Source: Azolla caroliniana (Eukaryota; Plantae; Polypodiophyta). From it: a stretch of DNA of 64,000 nucleotides. Positions within the stretch are counted from its first letter, which is position 1. Each line of letters begins with the position of its first letter. The position numbers were made by a program, and so were the translations under genes. The stretch is from positions 992,001-1,056,000 of the forward strand of contig JBHGNT010000010.1 of the NCBI GenBank assembly GCA_043228905.1, given 5' to 3'. Of the stretch, positions 1 to 12,184 are shown in pieces. The notes below the pieces were generated by a model. That model saw only the letters and a program-made list of their open reading frames with translations. It had not been told where the DNA came from and made no database searches.

Positions 1-1654
1 CCCGTTCAAAAGCCCATCTCCCAACTTCCACATTTCCCCATTTTTCACATGCACCAAGTAGTGCAAGCCATATGTGAATATTACCATCAGAAGGAATCCT
101 CTTGATCACTTCCACTGCCTTTTCAAAGTGTGCGGCTCGACCATAAAGACCAGCCATACAAGCATGATGGTCCATACCTGGTGTGAGACCATATTTTTCT
201 GTCATCTCCATGTAATAAGCTTCACCCTTATCAACAAGGCCCGAGTGACTACATGCATTAAGTATACAAAGAAAAGTGGGTGCATCAGGAACAACGCCAG
301 CTTTTTGCATTTTTTCGAAACAATTTACCGCTTCTTCTCCATGTCCTTGTTGTGCATATCCTGCAATGAGTGCCGTCCAGCAAGCCACATCATGAACTAC
401 AAGCTCATCAAACACTTGTTGGGCTTTTCCTAACACTCCACATTTTGCATACATATCCACCAAAGCAGTAGCAATAACAACATTTTTCTCCAATAAGTTG
501 TGTTTCATAATCTCATCATGGATCTCCTTTCCTTTCTCAATATCCCCTATGCCAGCACAAGCCTTTAAGATACAACTAAATGTAATAGGATCTGGAGAGA
601 ACCCTTCCTTTTGCATTTTCTCATAACAATTTAGAGCTTCTTCCCCTTGCTCCTGTTGTGCATATCCAGTGATCAATGCATCCCAACATATCGCATCACG
701 AACACGAAGACAGTCAAAGACTTGTTGAGCCTTGCTTAATTCACCACATTTAGCATACATATCTACCAAAGCAGTGCCAAGGGCAACATCACCATCTTTA
801 ATTAATCCATCCATAACAATATCCTCATGAATTTGTTTCCCCTTATCGATGGCTCGTGCACCTGTACAAGCCTTCAAGACACATAAATAAGTTACAGAAT
901 CCGGTGAGACAGCATCCTTTCGCATTAGTTCATAGCAATTTAGTGCCTCTTCAGTAAGTTCATGTTGTGCATATCCAAAAATAAGTGCATTCCAAGAACC
1001 CACATTCCGTATTTGAAGCTCGTCGAAGACATCTTTTGCTCTTTTAAGTGCACCACATTTAGCATACATATCCACTAAAGCAGTACCAAGAATCACATTT
1101 TTTACGAACAATTTCTTCCTATCAATCTCATTGTGAATTTGTTTTCCTTTATCAAAAGCAACTATGGAAGCACAAGCCTTCAAGGCACAAGTATAGGTTA
1201 TCGAATCTGGAACAAAACCTTCTTTCTGCATTCTTTCAAAACAATTCAATGCTTGTAGCCCTTGCCCCTGTTGGGCATATCCAGAAATCAATGCATTCCA
1301 ACATACCAAGTCACGAACCCAAAGCTCATCGAATACTGATTGTGACATGGCCATAGCACCGCACTTGGCATACATGCTAATTAATGAGCTCCCAAGGTAA
1401 GGATTCTTTTGCAATAAATCCTTCTGAATAATGCTGTCATGGACTCTAGAGCCTTGATTTAAATCTTTGGTTTTAGCACAAGCTTTCAATATAGCAATGA
1501 AAGGAAGAGATTCAATGCGAGAATTCGACACAATGATGTTATGTTCCTTCTCTGAACCAGAAAACCCTGGCTTTGACTTACTACAATGAGTTGAGGGTTT
1601 TCTGAAGCTCTTCTTCCACAACAACAACGGAGGAACCTTCTCTGCTGAAGACAT
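1..1654 (-). CDS. PLS-class pentatricopeptide repeat protein with E domain (3' end runs off the window; probable organellar RNA-editing factor)
   Basis: Not in the ORF track because there is no stop in the window. Hand translation from ATG at 1654 gives MSSAEKVPPLLLWKKSF...FIAILKACAKTKDLNQGSRVH...LGSSLISMYAKCG...VCWNALISGYAQQG, with repeated PLS motifs. It ends in the same frame with E-domain-like IWLALLGACEKWGNVEVGRWAFER at the window edge. Confidence 0.9.
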   Translation of the reverse strand, partial: MSSAEKVPPLLLWKKSFRKPSTHCSKSKPGFSGSEKEHNIIVSNSRIESLPFIAILKACAKTKDLNQGSRVHDSIIQKDLLQKNPYLGSSLISMYAKCGAMAMSQSVFDELWVRDLVCWNALISGYAQQGQGLQALNCFERMQKEGFVPDSITYTCALKACASIVAFDKGKQIHNEIDRKKLFVKNVILGTALVDMYAKCGALKRAKDVFDELQIRNVGSWNALIFGYAQHELTEEALNCYELMRKDAVSPDSVTYLCVLKACTGARAIDKGKQIHEDIVMDGLIKDGDVALGTALVDMYAKCGELSKAQQVFDCLRVRDAICWDALITGYAQQEQGEEALNCYEKMQKEGFSPDPITFSCILKACAGIGDIEKGKEIHDEIMKHNLLEKNVVIATALVDMYAKCGVLGKAQQVFDELVVHDVACWTALIAGYAQQGHGEEAVNCFEKMQKAGVVPDAPTFLCILNACSHSGLVDKGEAYYMEMTEKYGLTPGMDHHACMAGLYGRAAHFEKAVEVIKRIPSDGNIHIWLALLGACEKWGNVEVGRWAFER

Positions 1655-3687
1655 CTCTCACACAGAAATAGATGAACACACAGACAGGGGGGGCTTTGTT
1701 AAAAATTGTACGCAAATTATGTAATGCCTCTGTTTCTAAGATTCTACATGAAGAGATGAAATGTTCTGAAACATTTACATATGTATATAGCTTAGTATAT
1801 ATGGGAAATTATGTAATTAGTTTACTCGAGTGGTAAGTTGTTTTACTATTAGCATAATGTCTAGGGTTCGAAACCGAATTTACTTACCTCTCTATTACCC
1901 CATACATATCCTCTTAATTTTCTCATCTCTCTCTCTCTACTATGCATTTTAAAAACAGCATAATGGTTATGGATAGCTTAGAGCAACGCCAAATGCTTTG
2001 AGAAAATGTTTCACAACGATTCCATCCGCCAAATTTTATCCCTATGGACGATAATCAAATTTGTCAATCGGTCAAAAACAATAAAATTTGGAAACAAGCT
2101 TGGTTTTTCATGTCAAAATTTGCTTCTCCTTGTTCTATCATTTTCTCCCATCTACATAGATGAGAAGAGTGCTTTGCGGTAATTGCTGGTCCCATGGGGG
2201 TCAATGATGTTGCTTATCGTCATCACCTCTCTCTTTGCAAAAGTAACATTAAAGTTCCTTTAAATTTAATTCCAGTTTATGATCATGCTCCACGTCTTAT
2301 GTGAGAGAATCTATGGATCTAACCTTAAAACTCTGTAATAATATATATGTATATATACATTCTGACAAAATATTCATTTTCCACTATTGGGCCACTGCCC
2401 TTTATATAACAGCTTTCAAATAACATGAGTCAAAAAAATTTATAAAATTAATCTCGACAAATAACACGTTTTCCTACATGACAAAATAAGAGATAGTTTG
2501 TATTCCAGATTAGAGACGACAATTTTGAAATCTGCAATTCGTAATCTTATTAAATTCTTCTTTGACAAACTTTACATTGAGAATAATACATTCTTTTATA
2601 AAACCCATAAATTTAAAACATTTATGCCACAACCCCTCGATTTGCATTTGCATTTGCGCAATCCTACAACAACAAGCTTTCCAGATCCTTTTAAAACTTT
2701 GTTTTCTTCTAATTCTTTCATGTGAAGTTGATAATGGAGTTGGACACTTCCATTGGGGATCTGAAAATGAAGCTGGAACCTTGAAACAAGTCTCTCATCA
2801 TAATGTCCATTTTTTTGAGAAACTTCATTAGTCAACATGATATATTCAGTGCAATCTTGCTTCAGTTCTTCCTTATTTTCAAATGAGATTGGCCTTACCT
2901 CCATGGATTCTCGCTCTTGCACTTCTCAAACCAAGTCCTGCATGTTTTCACTGGAAAACAATCTATTTTTTTGGATTCAATGAGCAGATTTTTAAGCTGA
3001 CTGTTCTCCTCTTCTAGCTTGTTTATTTGTGTCAAATAGGAAAACCTTTAATGACAGTGAGCTTTGACACAATGGGCTCCATCCCATGAACTCTGGCTTT
3101 GGATCTTTAATGATTTGTTGGCATAGTGAGAGCACAAACATACACCTTAGACATAGCATAGCTGTTAAGAAATGTTGCAAAGTGAGTTCATCACACTGGC
3201 TGTCCTGCATTAAGCCCATCTTTGCTAACCACTGTAGGAATATTCCCTGCCTGTCTGGAATTTCGGGATTCTGAACTGCAGTGTAATCAAGTTCCTGCAC
3301 ACTGTAAAGGCAGCTGAATTAGAACATTTTCAAGAAATGAGAAAACAATTTACAGCACAACGGCAAGCAACTGAGCAGGTACTATTGAATATCACAACTC
3401 ATTATTCTACACTGAGATATGCAAAATGGGTGATGAAATGCCATCTCAATGATAATTTCTTTATTGTATAATATTGATCTTGTCAGATTTCTGAAGCCAA
3501 GGAAACATCAAGTATACTGGAACAAGAAAAAGCATGCTTATAAATGTTTTGCGTGCTCAGATCTAAAAGTAAATGCTAGTATCTTACCTGTATCCCAGTG
3601 ATTGCATCCCCATGATTTGGAGGTGTATATAGCTGAATAACTTCATTAAATGTTGAGCTCGATCATGCTTATTATGGAATCTTCATG

Positions 3688-4313
3688 TTTTCAATTTTGG
3701 GCACCGTGTAGGACTCCACCATGCGTAGTAGATGCATCAGAATCAGTTTAGGTTCCTTGCATGGTAATTGAATCAGAATTAGTTTAGATTCCTTGCATGG
3801 TATTTGAATCAGAACTGCTTTTGTTGTTTCCTGAGATTGAGACTATCACTTCTAATTATTTCTGTCAAGCATGAGTCCTTGGTTGAATCTGCCTTAAAAA
3901 ACAGAAATATTTCGACATCATTTGAATGCAGATGGTAACATCAATTTTCCCATGGATGTTCCATGGATACCACTAAATGCATGTACAGAATCCATTGCAT
4001 CTAAATGTTCAATCATTAGGTTTGTAACTGCTTATGCAATCCTCAACTTTTCAATATTGGGCACCACGTAGGACTCCACTATGCATAGCAGATGCATCAG
4101 CTTTAGATTCCTTGCATGGTAGTTGCATTGAATCAATTTTGTTGTTTCTTGAAGTTGAAACTGCCCCTTATACATTTTTTCTGTTGATCATATGTCTGCC
4201 CTCAAAAATAGAAATGGTTCTACATCATTCCAGTGGACATGACGACATCAATATTTCGATGGATACTGAATGAGTATGTACAGAAACCATTGTGTAAATA
4301 TTCAATCATTAGG
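3688..4313. repeat. Diverged tandem duplication (about 270-330 bp x2) downstream of PPR gene 2
   Basis: ttttcaat.ttgggcacc..gtaggactccac.atgc.tag.agatgcatcag...ttcaatcattagg occurs at about 3688-4020 and 4048-4313. Confidence 0.75.
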
Positions 4314-4390
4314 CTGCAGATTAGAGGTCATTTACTGTAATAATGTTAAAGGCCATTGCGGAATGCATGCCATTAACACCTTGCTACCTC

Positions 4391-7300
4391 CTATATGCTA
4401 GCATTGGCATAGATATTTGACATACAAACATAAGCTGAAGAATCACTTAGGTTCCACTCTATTAAATGTTCAAAAACCTCCCTTGCAAGCTCCAAATTGC
4501 CCCATTTTTTACAAGCACTCAATACTGTATGCCATATTATAAGACTAGGGTTATCAGAATTTTTCTTGACGATTGCCATTGCTTTATCTAGCTGACCAGC
4601 ACGAGAAAATAGATCAATCACACATATATTGTGCTCTAGAGCAGGAACAAGGCCATGTTCATTATTCATGGCCTCATAGTAAGCCTGCCCCTCCTGCAAT
4701 AGACCTGCATGGTTGCATGCATTTAAGACATTGAGGAAAGTAATTAGATTAGGTTCTACCCCTTGTTGTATCATGTTACGAAAGATTAAGAAGACAGTTT
4801 CGCACTGTCCAAGCTGGGCATATCCTCCAATCAGTGCATTCCATGAAAAAATATCTTTAACAGTGAGCCTATTGAACACCTCTTCTGCCTTCATAAGCAA
4901 TCCATATTTTGCATACATATCAACCAAGCTGCTGCCAACAAGAACATCCTTGTCAAACCCCAATCTGGCAATTTCTTTGTGTAAATATTTGCCCTTATAA
5001 CTGGCACCTAAGCTGCCACAGGCTTTTAAAGCAAAAATAAATGTAATAACATTCGGACTGACATTCTCAACCCGCATTGTTTCATAGCATTTTAGGGCCT
5101 CCTCATAAAGTCCATTTTCTACAAATCCTGTAATTAATGTAGTCCATGAAACAACATCTCGAATTGAAAGTCTATGAAAAACTTCTTTTGCTTTCTCCAA
5201 TGCACCACATTTGATGAACACACCAACCAATGCATTACCAATTCTGTGGTCGCTTTCTAACCATCCCACTCTACAAATCTCAGTGTACAACTCTTCTACT
5301 TTGCTTGTAGCTACTAAAATACCATAAGCTTTCAGAATGCAAATAAAAGTCACAGCATTTGGAGAGATGCCCCTGGCTTGCATCTCTTCAAAACATCGGA
5401 TTGCTTCCTCAGCATATCCCCAATTAGCATATCCTGAAATAAGCGCAGTCCATGAGAATACATCTTGCACACAAACCTTGTCGTGTACATCCTGTGCTTC
5501 CATGAGATAACCACATTTTGCATACATGTCAACTAAAGCATTGTTAACGCCAATGTCTCCTAGAAATCCCATGGATGTTACTTTACTGTGCATTTCTATA
5601 CCTTTGGATATTGCTTCTATGTCAGCACAAGCTTTCAAGCTACAAACAAATGTCCCCGAATTTGGTGAGATGCCCTCATGTTGCATCTTCTCATAATAAA
5701 CCAGTGCTTGCTTTGCATGTCCAGATTCACAATATCCATCGATTATTGCAGTCCATGAAATGACATTACGAACAGAAAATGTGTCAAATACTTCTTTTGC
5801 ACGAGAGAGTAAGCCACACTTGGCATAAATATCGATTAATGCATTACCAACAAGCTCTCTCTCGAGCAATAATTCTTTTGCCAATGCTGCGTGCATTTCT
5901 ATTCCATTAGAGATTAACTCTATATTACACGAGGCTTTTAACCTGGCAATATATGTAGTTGTGTTCGGACAAATTCCCTCTGCTTGCATTTGTTTGAAAC
6001 AATCTGATGCTTCTTTGTTACATCCTTCTTCCTGATAAGCCATGATAAGTGTGTTCCACGATATTGCATCACGGTCTTGAAGCTTATTAAACATTTCTCG
6101 AGCTTCAGAAAGAAAACCACATTTAGCATACATATCAACCAAGGTATTTCCAACACGCAGATCTCTTTCCAAACCTGTTCTAACAATCTCAGAATGAATT
6201 TCTCGGCCTTTCTCGGCATCACCTATGCTACTCCAAGCTTTCAAAATGCAAACAAATGTAGCACAGTTGGGAGAAAAGCCTTCTGATTTCATGTTGTAGA
6301 AATACGTTAATGCTTCCTCATAATAGCCATGTTTCACATATCCTACCATAAGGGAAGTCCATAAAACAATATCTCTTTTGGGAAGCTTATCAAATATCTC
6401 TTTTGATGTTGAAATGGATCCACATTTCTCATAGAGATCTAGCAAACAGCTGGCAACAGAAAGATCCATCTCCAGTCCATGATTTACAACCGCAGCATGT
6501 ATTTCTTGACCCTTCACCATATCTCCTATGCTACCACAAGCTTTCAAGGTACACGCAAAGCTGGAAGCATTCGGAGACACACCTTCAAGCTGCATCTGTG
6601 CAAGATAATCTAATGCTTTCTGAGAAGGTCCATAGTCAGCATAACCTGAAATAAGTGCAGTCCATGTGACCACATCTCTGACCTTAAGGTTATCAAATAC
6701 TTCTTGTGCTTTTGCAATTGAGCCACATTTCATATACATATCCACCAAAGTGCTTCCAATGAAAGGGTCACTTTGTAAGAAAACCTTCTTGGAGATTTGA
6801 TGGTGAATTTCAATTCCTCGTTTTATGTCTTCTACCTTAGTGCATGCTTTGAGCAATGCAACAAATGTGTATGCATTAGGGCAAACCGACGCATCCTCTT
6901 GCATCCTCTCATACACCATAAAAGCAGAACGAATGTCACCACCACTGATATATCCAGTGATAAGAGTGTTCCACAGGCATTCATCTCTATATAACAATCT
7001 ATCAAAAACACATCGAGCATTGTTAATGTCTCCAATTTCAACCAAAATAATGATGAGTTCGTTTGCCACAACCGGATGTATATTGAGACCATTTCGGCAC
7101 AATAATGCATGTAATTGGTGAGCAAAACCATGGCTTTTCAATCTTTTGCATGCTTGAAAGACGTGCAGAAGTTCTAGAGTTTGAGGAAAGAGAAGATAAT
7201 CTTCCGTTCCAAGTGTTTCCTGAATCATTTTGATATGATCCATGTCACGATGATTCATGTCTTTGTGAGTTAGACGCAAAGGAACTTTCATATCTTGATG

Positions 7301-7492
7301 ATTCATGTCATTTTGAAGCATAAGTGCAGAATCTTTCACGAAACATAGATCCTCTCTGATCGAACGAGAATCGAAAGGTGGTGATCTATGAAAGAGGGGA
7401 GGAGGAGGAGGAGGAAGAATAACACTTACTTCGACGCCTTGTGGATGGTGCCATTGCGAACACCATGTTTTCTCTGGCGATGAGGCCATCAT
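4391..7492 (-). CDS. PLS-class PPR protein, E subgroup, 1033 aa, intronless, no DYW domain
   Basis: Repeated P-L-S triplets (WTALISGY, TFVCILKAC, GNTLVDMYAKCG). The C-terminal E-domain motifs IWHTVLSACKKWGNLELA and SAYVCMSNIYA are followed by the stop. Confidence 0.95.
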   Translation of the reverse strand: MMASSPEKTWCSQWHHPQGVEVSVILPPPPPPLFHRSPPFDSRSIREDLCFVKDSALMLQNDMNHQDMKVPLRLTHKDMNHRDMDHIKMIQETLGTEDYLLFPQTLELLHVFQACKRLKSHGFAHQLHALLCRNGLNIHPVVANELIIILVEIGDINNARCVFDRLLYRDECLWNTLITGYISGGDIRSAFMVYERMQEDASVCPNAYTFVALLKACTKVEDIKRGIEIHHQISKKVFLQSDPFIGSTLVDMYMKCGSIAKAQEVFDNLKVRDVVTWTALISGYADYGPSQKALDYLAQMQLEGVSPNASSFACTLKACGSIGDMVKGQEIHAAVVNHGLEMDLSVASCLLDLYEKCGSISTSKEIFDKLPKRDIVLWTSLMVGYVKHGYYEEALTYFYNMKSEGFSPNCATFVCILKAWSSIGDAEKGREIHSEIVRTGLERDLRVGNTLVDMYAKCGFLSEAREMFNKLQDRDAISWNTLIMAYQEEGCNKEASDCFKQMQAEGICPNTTTYIARLKASCNIELISNGIEMHAALAKELLLERELVGNALIDIYAKCGLLSRAKEVFDTFSVRNVISWTAIIDGYCESGHAKQALVYYEKMQHEGISPNSGTFVCSLKACADIEAISKGIEMHSKVTSMGFLGDIGVNNALVDMYAKCGYLMEAQDVHDKVCVQDVFSWTALISGYANWGYAEEAIRCFEEMQARGISPNAVTFICILKAYGILVATSKVEELYTEICRVGWLESDHRIGNALVGVFIKCGALEKAKEVFHRLSIRDVVSWTTLITGFVENGLYEEALKCYETMRVENVSPNVITFIFALKACGSLGASYKGKYLHKEIARLGFDKDVLVGSSLVDMYAKYGLLMKAEEVFNRLTVKDIFSWNALIGGYAQLGQCETVFLIFRNMIQQGVEPNLITFLNVLNACNHAGLLQEGQAYYEAMNNEHGLVPALEHNICVIDLFSRAGQLDKAMAIVKKNSDNPSLIIWHTVLSACKKWGNLELAREVFEHLIEWNLSDSSAYVCMSNIYANASI

Positions 7493-7533
7493 CTGAATGC
7501 AGCCTATCAGTCCTAAACCCTAACCATAACCAT

Positions 7534-7801
7534 AACCCTAACCCTAATCAGCAACTAAAAGGATGAAGGGAATTATAGCTCAAACGATCCACTTGATGCA
7601 AAAGCCTGCCATGGAAATGAATGGCCTTTCCATAACTTGGATTTGACCAATGATTCATCATCGAACGGACCCCAACCCTACCCTAAACAGAAACCAGAAG
7701 GATGAAGAGAATTACAGCTCAAACGATCCACATGATGCAAAAGCTTGCCATGGAAGGAATGAGCTCTCCATAACTAGGCATTGTCCAACGATTCATCATC
7801 C
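7534..7801. repeat. About 140 bp tandem duplication with telo-box-like AACCCTA motifs in the PPR gene 2 leader/promoter
   Basis: aacccta...ggatgaag.gaatta.agctcaaacgatccac.tgatgcaaaagc.tgccatggaa...gattcatcatc starts at about 7534 and about 7674. AAACCCTAA also lies at about 7515. Confidence 0.8.
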
Positions 7802-7817
7802 ACACACATGGATTATC

Positions 7818-8080
7818 CGGTCATTGACCAGAATATTGCGGTCCTCAACCAGAATGCATTTTTCAGTCATTGACCAGAATCTCGCAGTCCTCGATGGGAA
7901 TGCATTTTCCGGTCATTGACCAGAATATCGTGGTCCTCATCGGAATGAATTTTCCGGTCATCGACCCGAATATCGCAGTTTTCATAGGAATGCATTTTCC
8001 AATCATTGACCCGACTATCACAGTCCTCATCAAAAAGCATTTTTTGGTCATTGACCAGAACATCGCGAACCTCAATCGGA
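7818..8080. repeat. Minisatellite, 6 units of 45-46 bp
   Basis: The core gtcattgacc recurs (with variants) at 7820, 7866, 7912, 7957, 8002 and 8047, and the whole unit is homologous (gaatatcgcagtcctc...gaatgcattttcc). Confidence 0.9.
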
Positions 8081-8929
8081 AAAAGTCGACTCTGACTAGA
8101 CTCAGTTTTGGCCTCCAACCTTTAAAATGTCGATACCTCGTTTCATACACGATGACTAGAGATCCTTTCTCGGAGGACCATTCATTTAATAGTCGTTCGT
8201 AGGTAGCCCATAGTCGTCCTCACCTTGAACTTTCATAATGTGCACTTAGGCCCTGTCAAGCTTCCCCTCCAGAAAGACATGTGGCACTTGATTTCAATGT
8301 TGGTGGTTCCACCCAAGTCACTTCTAGTAGTTGATGTACATTTCTTCACTTCTTGTCTAGGCAATGAAACCATCTGAATGGGACTTCTTTTGTTGATCCT
8401 CGCAAGGGAATCTTTGCAGGTTTAGTTTTTCTCCTTACCTATCTATTGTGGTTGCATCGGGTTGTGGAAAGACCTCACATTGATGGAGTGTGTAAAGGAG
8501 CATGGTGTCTTAACATAGAGAATTATCAGGTGTTTAGTTTGAAATCAACTCCCGCTAAGTTTATCCACATGCTACTCTATAATTCATAGTTGGATATTGG
8601 ACATGTGTTCAATAACACCTCAAACAACACACGCTTCAATACTATCTCTATTTGGCAACATCCCATGTGTAGGTGATTCCTCCACCTAACATTGGTGCTA
8701 GCATGATCTCCATGAGTAATTGATATCGTGGGCAACCCATAAGACAATGTTTTAGCAAATCTCATTAGTGTATCACAATAGTCGTTTCTTGTACCTAGGT
8801 TAAGCATGAGTGCATAGGTTTAATCATATGTTGATGTTATGTTTTATTGATGGTCATGCCTACTTAACCTACAACAATAGTATATCTAATTGGTTCTTGT
8901 TTGATGGATCAAAGTAGGTTACCACCCTT

Positions 8930-10189
8930 TTTTTTTCGTTTTTTCTTTTTCAAACTACACCATAGTTTCCATTACCAATCCAAAAAGCATATACAAGACA
9001 TATAATGATACAATGTAGTGGCGGGTAAGATATCCCCCATTATGTCATAATTAACACCAACGTCCACCTATGGAGGAAACAACCATTGGAGGGTACATAT
9101 TGCCAATCCATTTTGTCATTTCTCTCCACAAAAACTAACAAATCCTTTCATTTGCCTTTAAAGGATTGTTGTTTCATAAAAATCATATCTTCATTACCTA
9201 TGAAGGAGTCATATTGACCTTTTAAAATTGAGATAAGCATCAACCAAATTTCCTTCACACAATGAACAAGATTTTGTGTTATTTGCTGAAACACATTTTT
9301 GCATTGATCTATCCAAATATTCCATAGAACCACCGATGATATCGTAGCCCATATTGTGGCATCCACATTCAACCGATTTGAGCTTGAGTATGGTATGTCC
9401 TTAACTTGCCTTCCCCTAGTTTGAAGGGTAAATAATATCTTTTCCCTTTCATAATTATGCTTAGGTCCATATGCAACATCAATGAGGCGCAACATACGTT
9501 TCCAAACAGAACATGTGGCTATATAGTTCCATCAGACATGTTGCATTGATCCACAAAAAGAGCAAGTTTTGGTTCCCTCTTCCCTATGCATCCATTCCAA
9601 GACTGGAAGTGCATAGTGGACACATAACCATCTAAATGATGATTTTGCGAGGAATCTGTAGAGCCCACAACCATTTCCAAAATGCCAATATTGAATGCAT
9701 AGGACTATTATTATTTAACCATACCTTAGCTGCAACCGGCATATCTGGATTCCTCCTTCGTTGGAATTCCCTACCTAATTTTACCAAGTAGTCAAAGAAA
9801 GAAACCATCTTACCATTAGCATCTCTCCACCACCATTCCACCGGATCCCACTCTAACTCCAATAAGGGCTTACAATCACAAACCCAAATATCCCAGAAAG
9901 GGTTTACTTTTTCAGGATGGGGATCAATAATACATACTTTCCCTGTTTTTGCAACCACCCTAATAGGATTCCACTCCACTAATTTGAGAAGGTCATCCTC
10001 CATAGAGACCCATTGCAATTTTCCCTCCAAAACTATTATATATGCTAAGAAGGATTCATTAGATATATAAGCTCTTGCTCCAATCAAGACATTAAAAGAA
10101 GAGAATACCCCGTACCATGCATGGTTTGAATTAAACGAAGAAGGCAAAATCCTATTAGAAACATTACTTATCGCTTGGAGCATTAAAAG
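8930..10189 (-). mobile_element. 5'-truncated L1-like LINE with A-rich tail and 18-bp TSD
   Basis: TSD aagtaggttaccaccctt at 8912-8929 and 10190-10207. T-rich tail on + at about 8928-8950. Broken ORF2 C-terminal (zf-RVT-type) motifs FWKWLWALQIPRKI and LWNIWIDQCKNVF. Confidence 0.85.
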
Positions 10190-12184
10190 AAGTAGGTTAC
10201 CACCCTTGTTGGTGCAACAAGTAAGATAAGGTATCAACCACTCTCGAGCATATCGGTAGAATGAATTAACTAGTTCACACAATGAACCATCTCTCCCTAA
10301 TCTCGCTCTCACATGGAATTAAGAGTAATAAAGAATGCATTAACCAATAAGATTAACCTACGTTATCACATTTAATTAATCGATTATCACAAATGTAGGA
10401 TCAACCAAAGCAAGCAAACACAAATCGTGAATCATTGATTGAGGATGGTAGCTGAAGGATCATGATAAATGTCCAACAAGGGGTATATGGGGTTCCTTCA
10501 TCACCGGAATATAAATCCTTACACTAGACAAGTGTAGATGGTGCCTTTGTCCACAGCGGTAGATGTATGTGGATAAATTATGTAAACCCTTGACCATGTA
10601 TATTGTCCTTTGGTGGTAGATGGTTGTATATAGGCCTATGGTGAACCGAGCTAGAGAGACAACTCTTGTACTTTGTATTGTACCTACTATCATGAATAAT
10701 GAAGCTTACATATTTGGCATAGTGTAGTGATTCTTAATGGCCTTCCATCTTTTAGTGTTGTGTATAGCTTGTGTGATCTTGACCATTGTTTGATATTACT
10801 TCCTATAGTATTCTTGTAGCATCTTGAGTGCTCAAAGAGTTGGCTTCCCAAAATCCAACAATCTTGTCTGACAAAGACATCTAGACGAAGCGGGTGTGGT
10901 TTCAGAATATGGAACTCTTGGAGAGTGTCCTAGTATTGTTGAGTTATTTGTCTAGTTTGTCAATAGTTTCCAAAGTGGCCAGCCCTTCCTTGAGACTTAT
11001 ATAGTTGGGGGCATTTTAATGTAAAACTGTTTGAAAAATGGTATGATGCATTCATTATATCTACTTTATTACTCAAGTTATGCTTGATCTTGAGACAAAG
11101 TTCATGGAGATATAAAAATGATGAGAATGTTCAAGTTGACTTATTTTGTGCTATTGTGTATATAAATTCACCTCATATCTAAGTTTCATCTTCTTTCAAT
11201 ACAACAAGTTACAGGTATTCTTCCACATGGGAAAATGCCCATTTTATTTAATGCATCGACATGTTTGGTTGTGGGAATTTTGTTTCTTGTGCTTGTAAAC
11301 AGGAAATTGATACTTATTATCACATTTAATTATTGTTTCAAAGCCTTGAAACCATGATTCATTGCTAATAACTAGCTTTGAAAACAAGAATGTGATACCA
11401 AATACTAATGTTGTTTTTGACATGTCTCGTTCAAATAATTGTTTTCTATGTTTTGGGTTGGCGGGCTATGTTTCTTTATCTCTCTATGTTAGGTTGTCCA
11501 TAGCAAAGTAGATCACCAACATTAACCTAAATAAATAATATATAGTTGTTTGATGTTTTAACTAAAACTTCAATTCACAGACTTCATAGGTTATAAGGAT
11601 ATTGACTTTGTTTTACATGTTTTTGACACATACGTATTCTGAAAGTTTGACATTATGACATTACTAAACATCCACATTTTGTTTTCTGTGTTTATCAAAC
11701 TTATTTGTTGAATAGATATTTCTCAAAATATAGCAATTTTATTAGAATGATTTAGGGGGAATCACTAAGAAAAACTTTCAAACATCACACAATTATAATG
11801 GAAAAATGGTTTAAGATGATCATCTCTCATTGCATCCTATAATATCATCCAAGAATGACCTTGAACAATATCAAACACTAGCATTCAACAAGCAATTCTC
11901 TTAATTGTTTGTAATTTGTATTGTACAACATGACTATTTGCAATTCATTAATTCAAAAACTATAAGATTATAAAATAATGGCATTGACATAGTTTCAATG
12001 TATTGTTTATTTATGGAAAGAATAAAACAATATAGGTGCTCTAGTCCATTTTCATGGTTTTGGGCCTTGGCAATTTAATGATGTCTACTATAGTAAAGTT
12101 AAGCTACATAAAGTTTACATAGAAAAGTTTTTAAAGCATGCAGATGTTCAATGACTAGTGCCGCTCAAGATGTGGATTAGGAGT

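Noticed and set aside
2596-3300. ORFs as a detached DYW deaminase exon for PPR gene 2
   Set aside because: No HxE(x)nCxxC, PG-box or DYW-type terminus is recognisable.
7514-7547. Interstitial telomere array
   Set aside because: Only a few degenerate AACCCT/AACCAT units are present; better read as telo-box-like motifs.
7818-8080. CRISPR-like regular array
   Set aside because: Whole units are homologous with no unique spacers, no cas genes are present and the context is eukaryotic. It is a minisatellite, and its ORFs are repeat artefacts.
9632-10312. 226-aa ORF as a host gene
   Set aside because: It is chimeric: it starts in flanking DNA and crosses the TSD into a LINE remnant.
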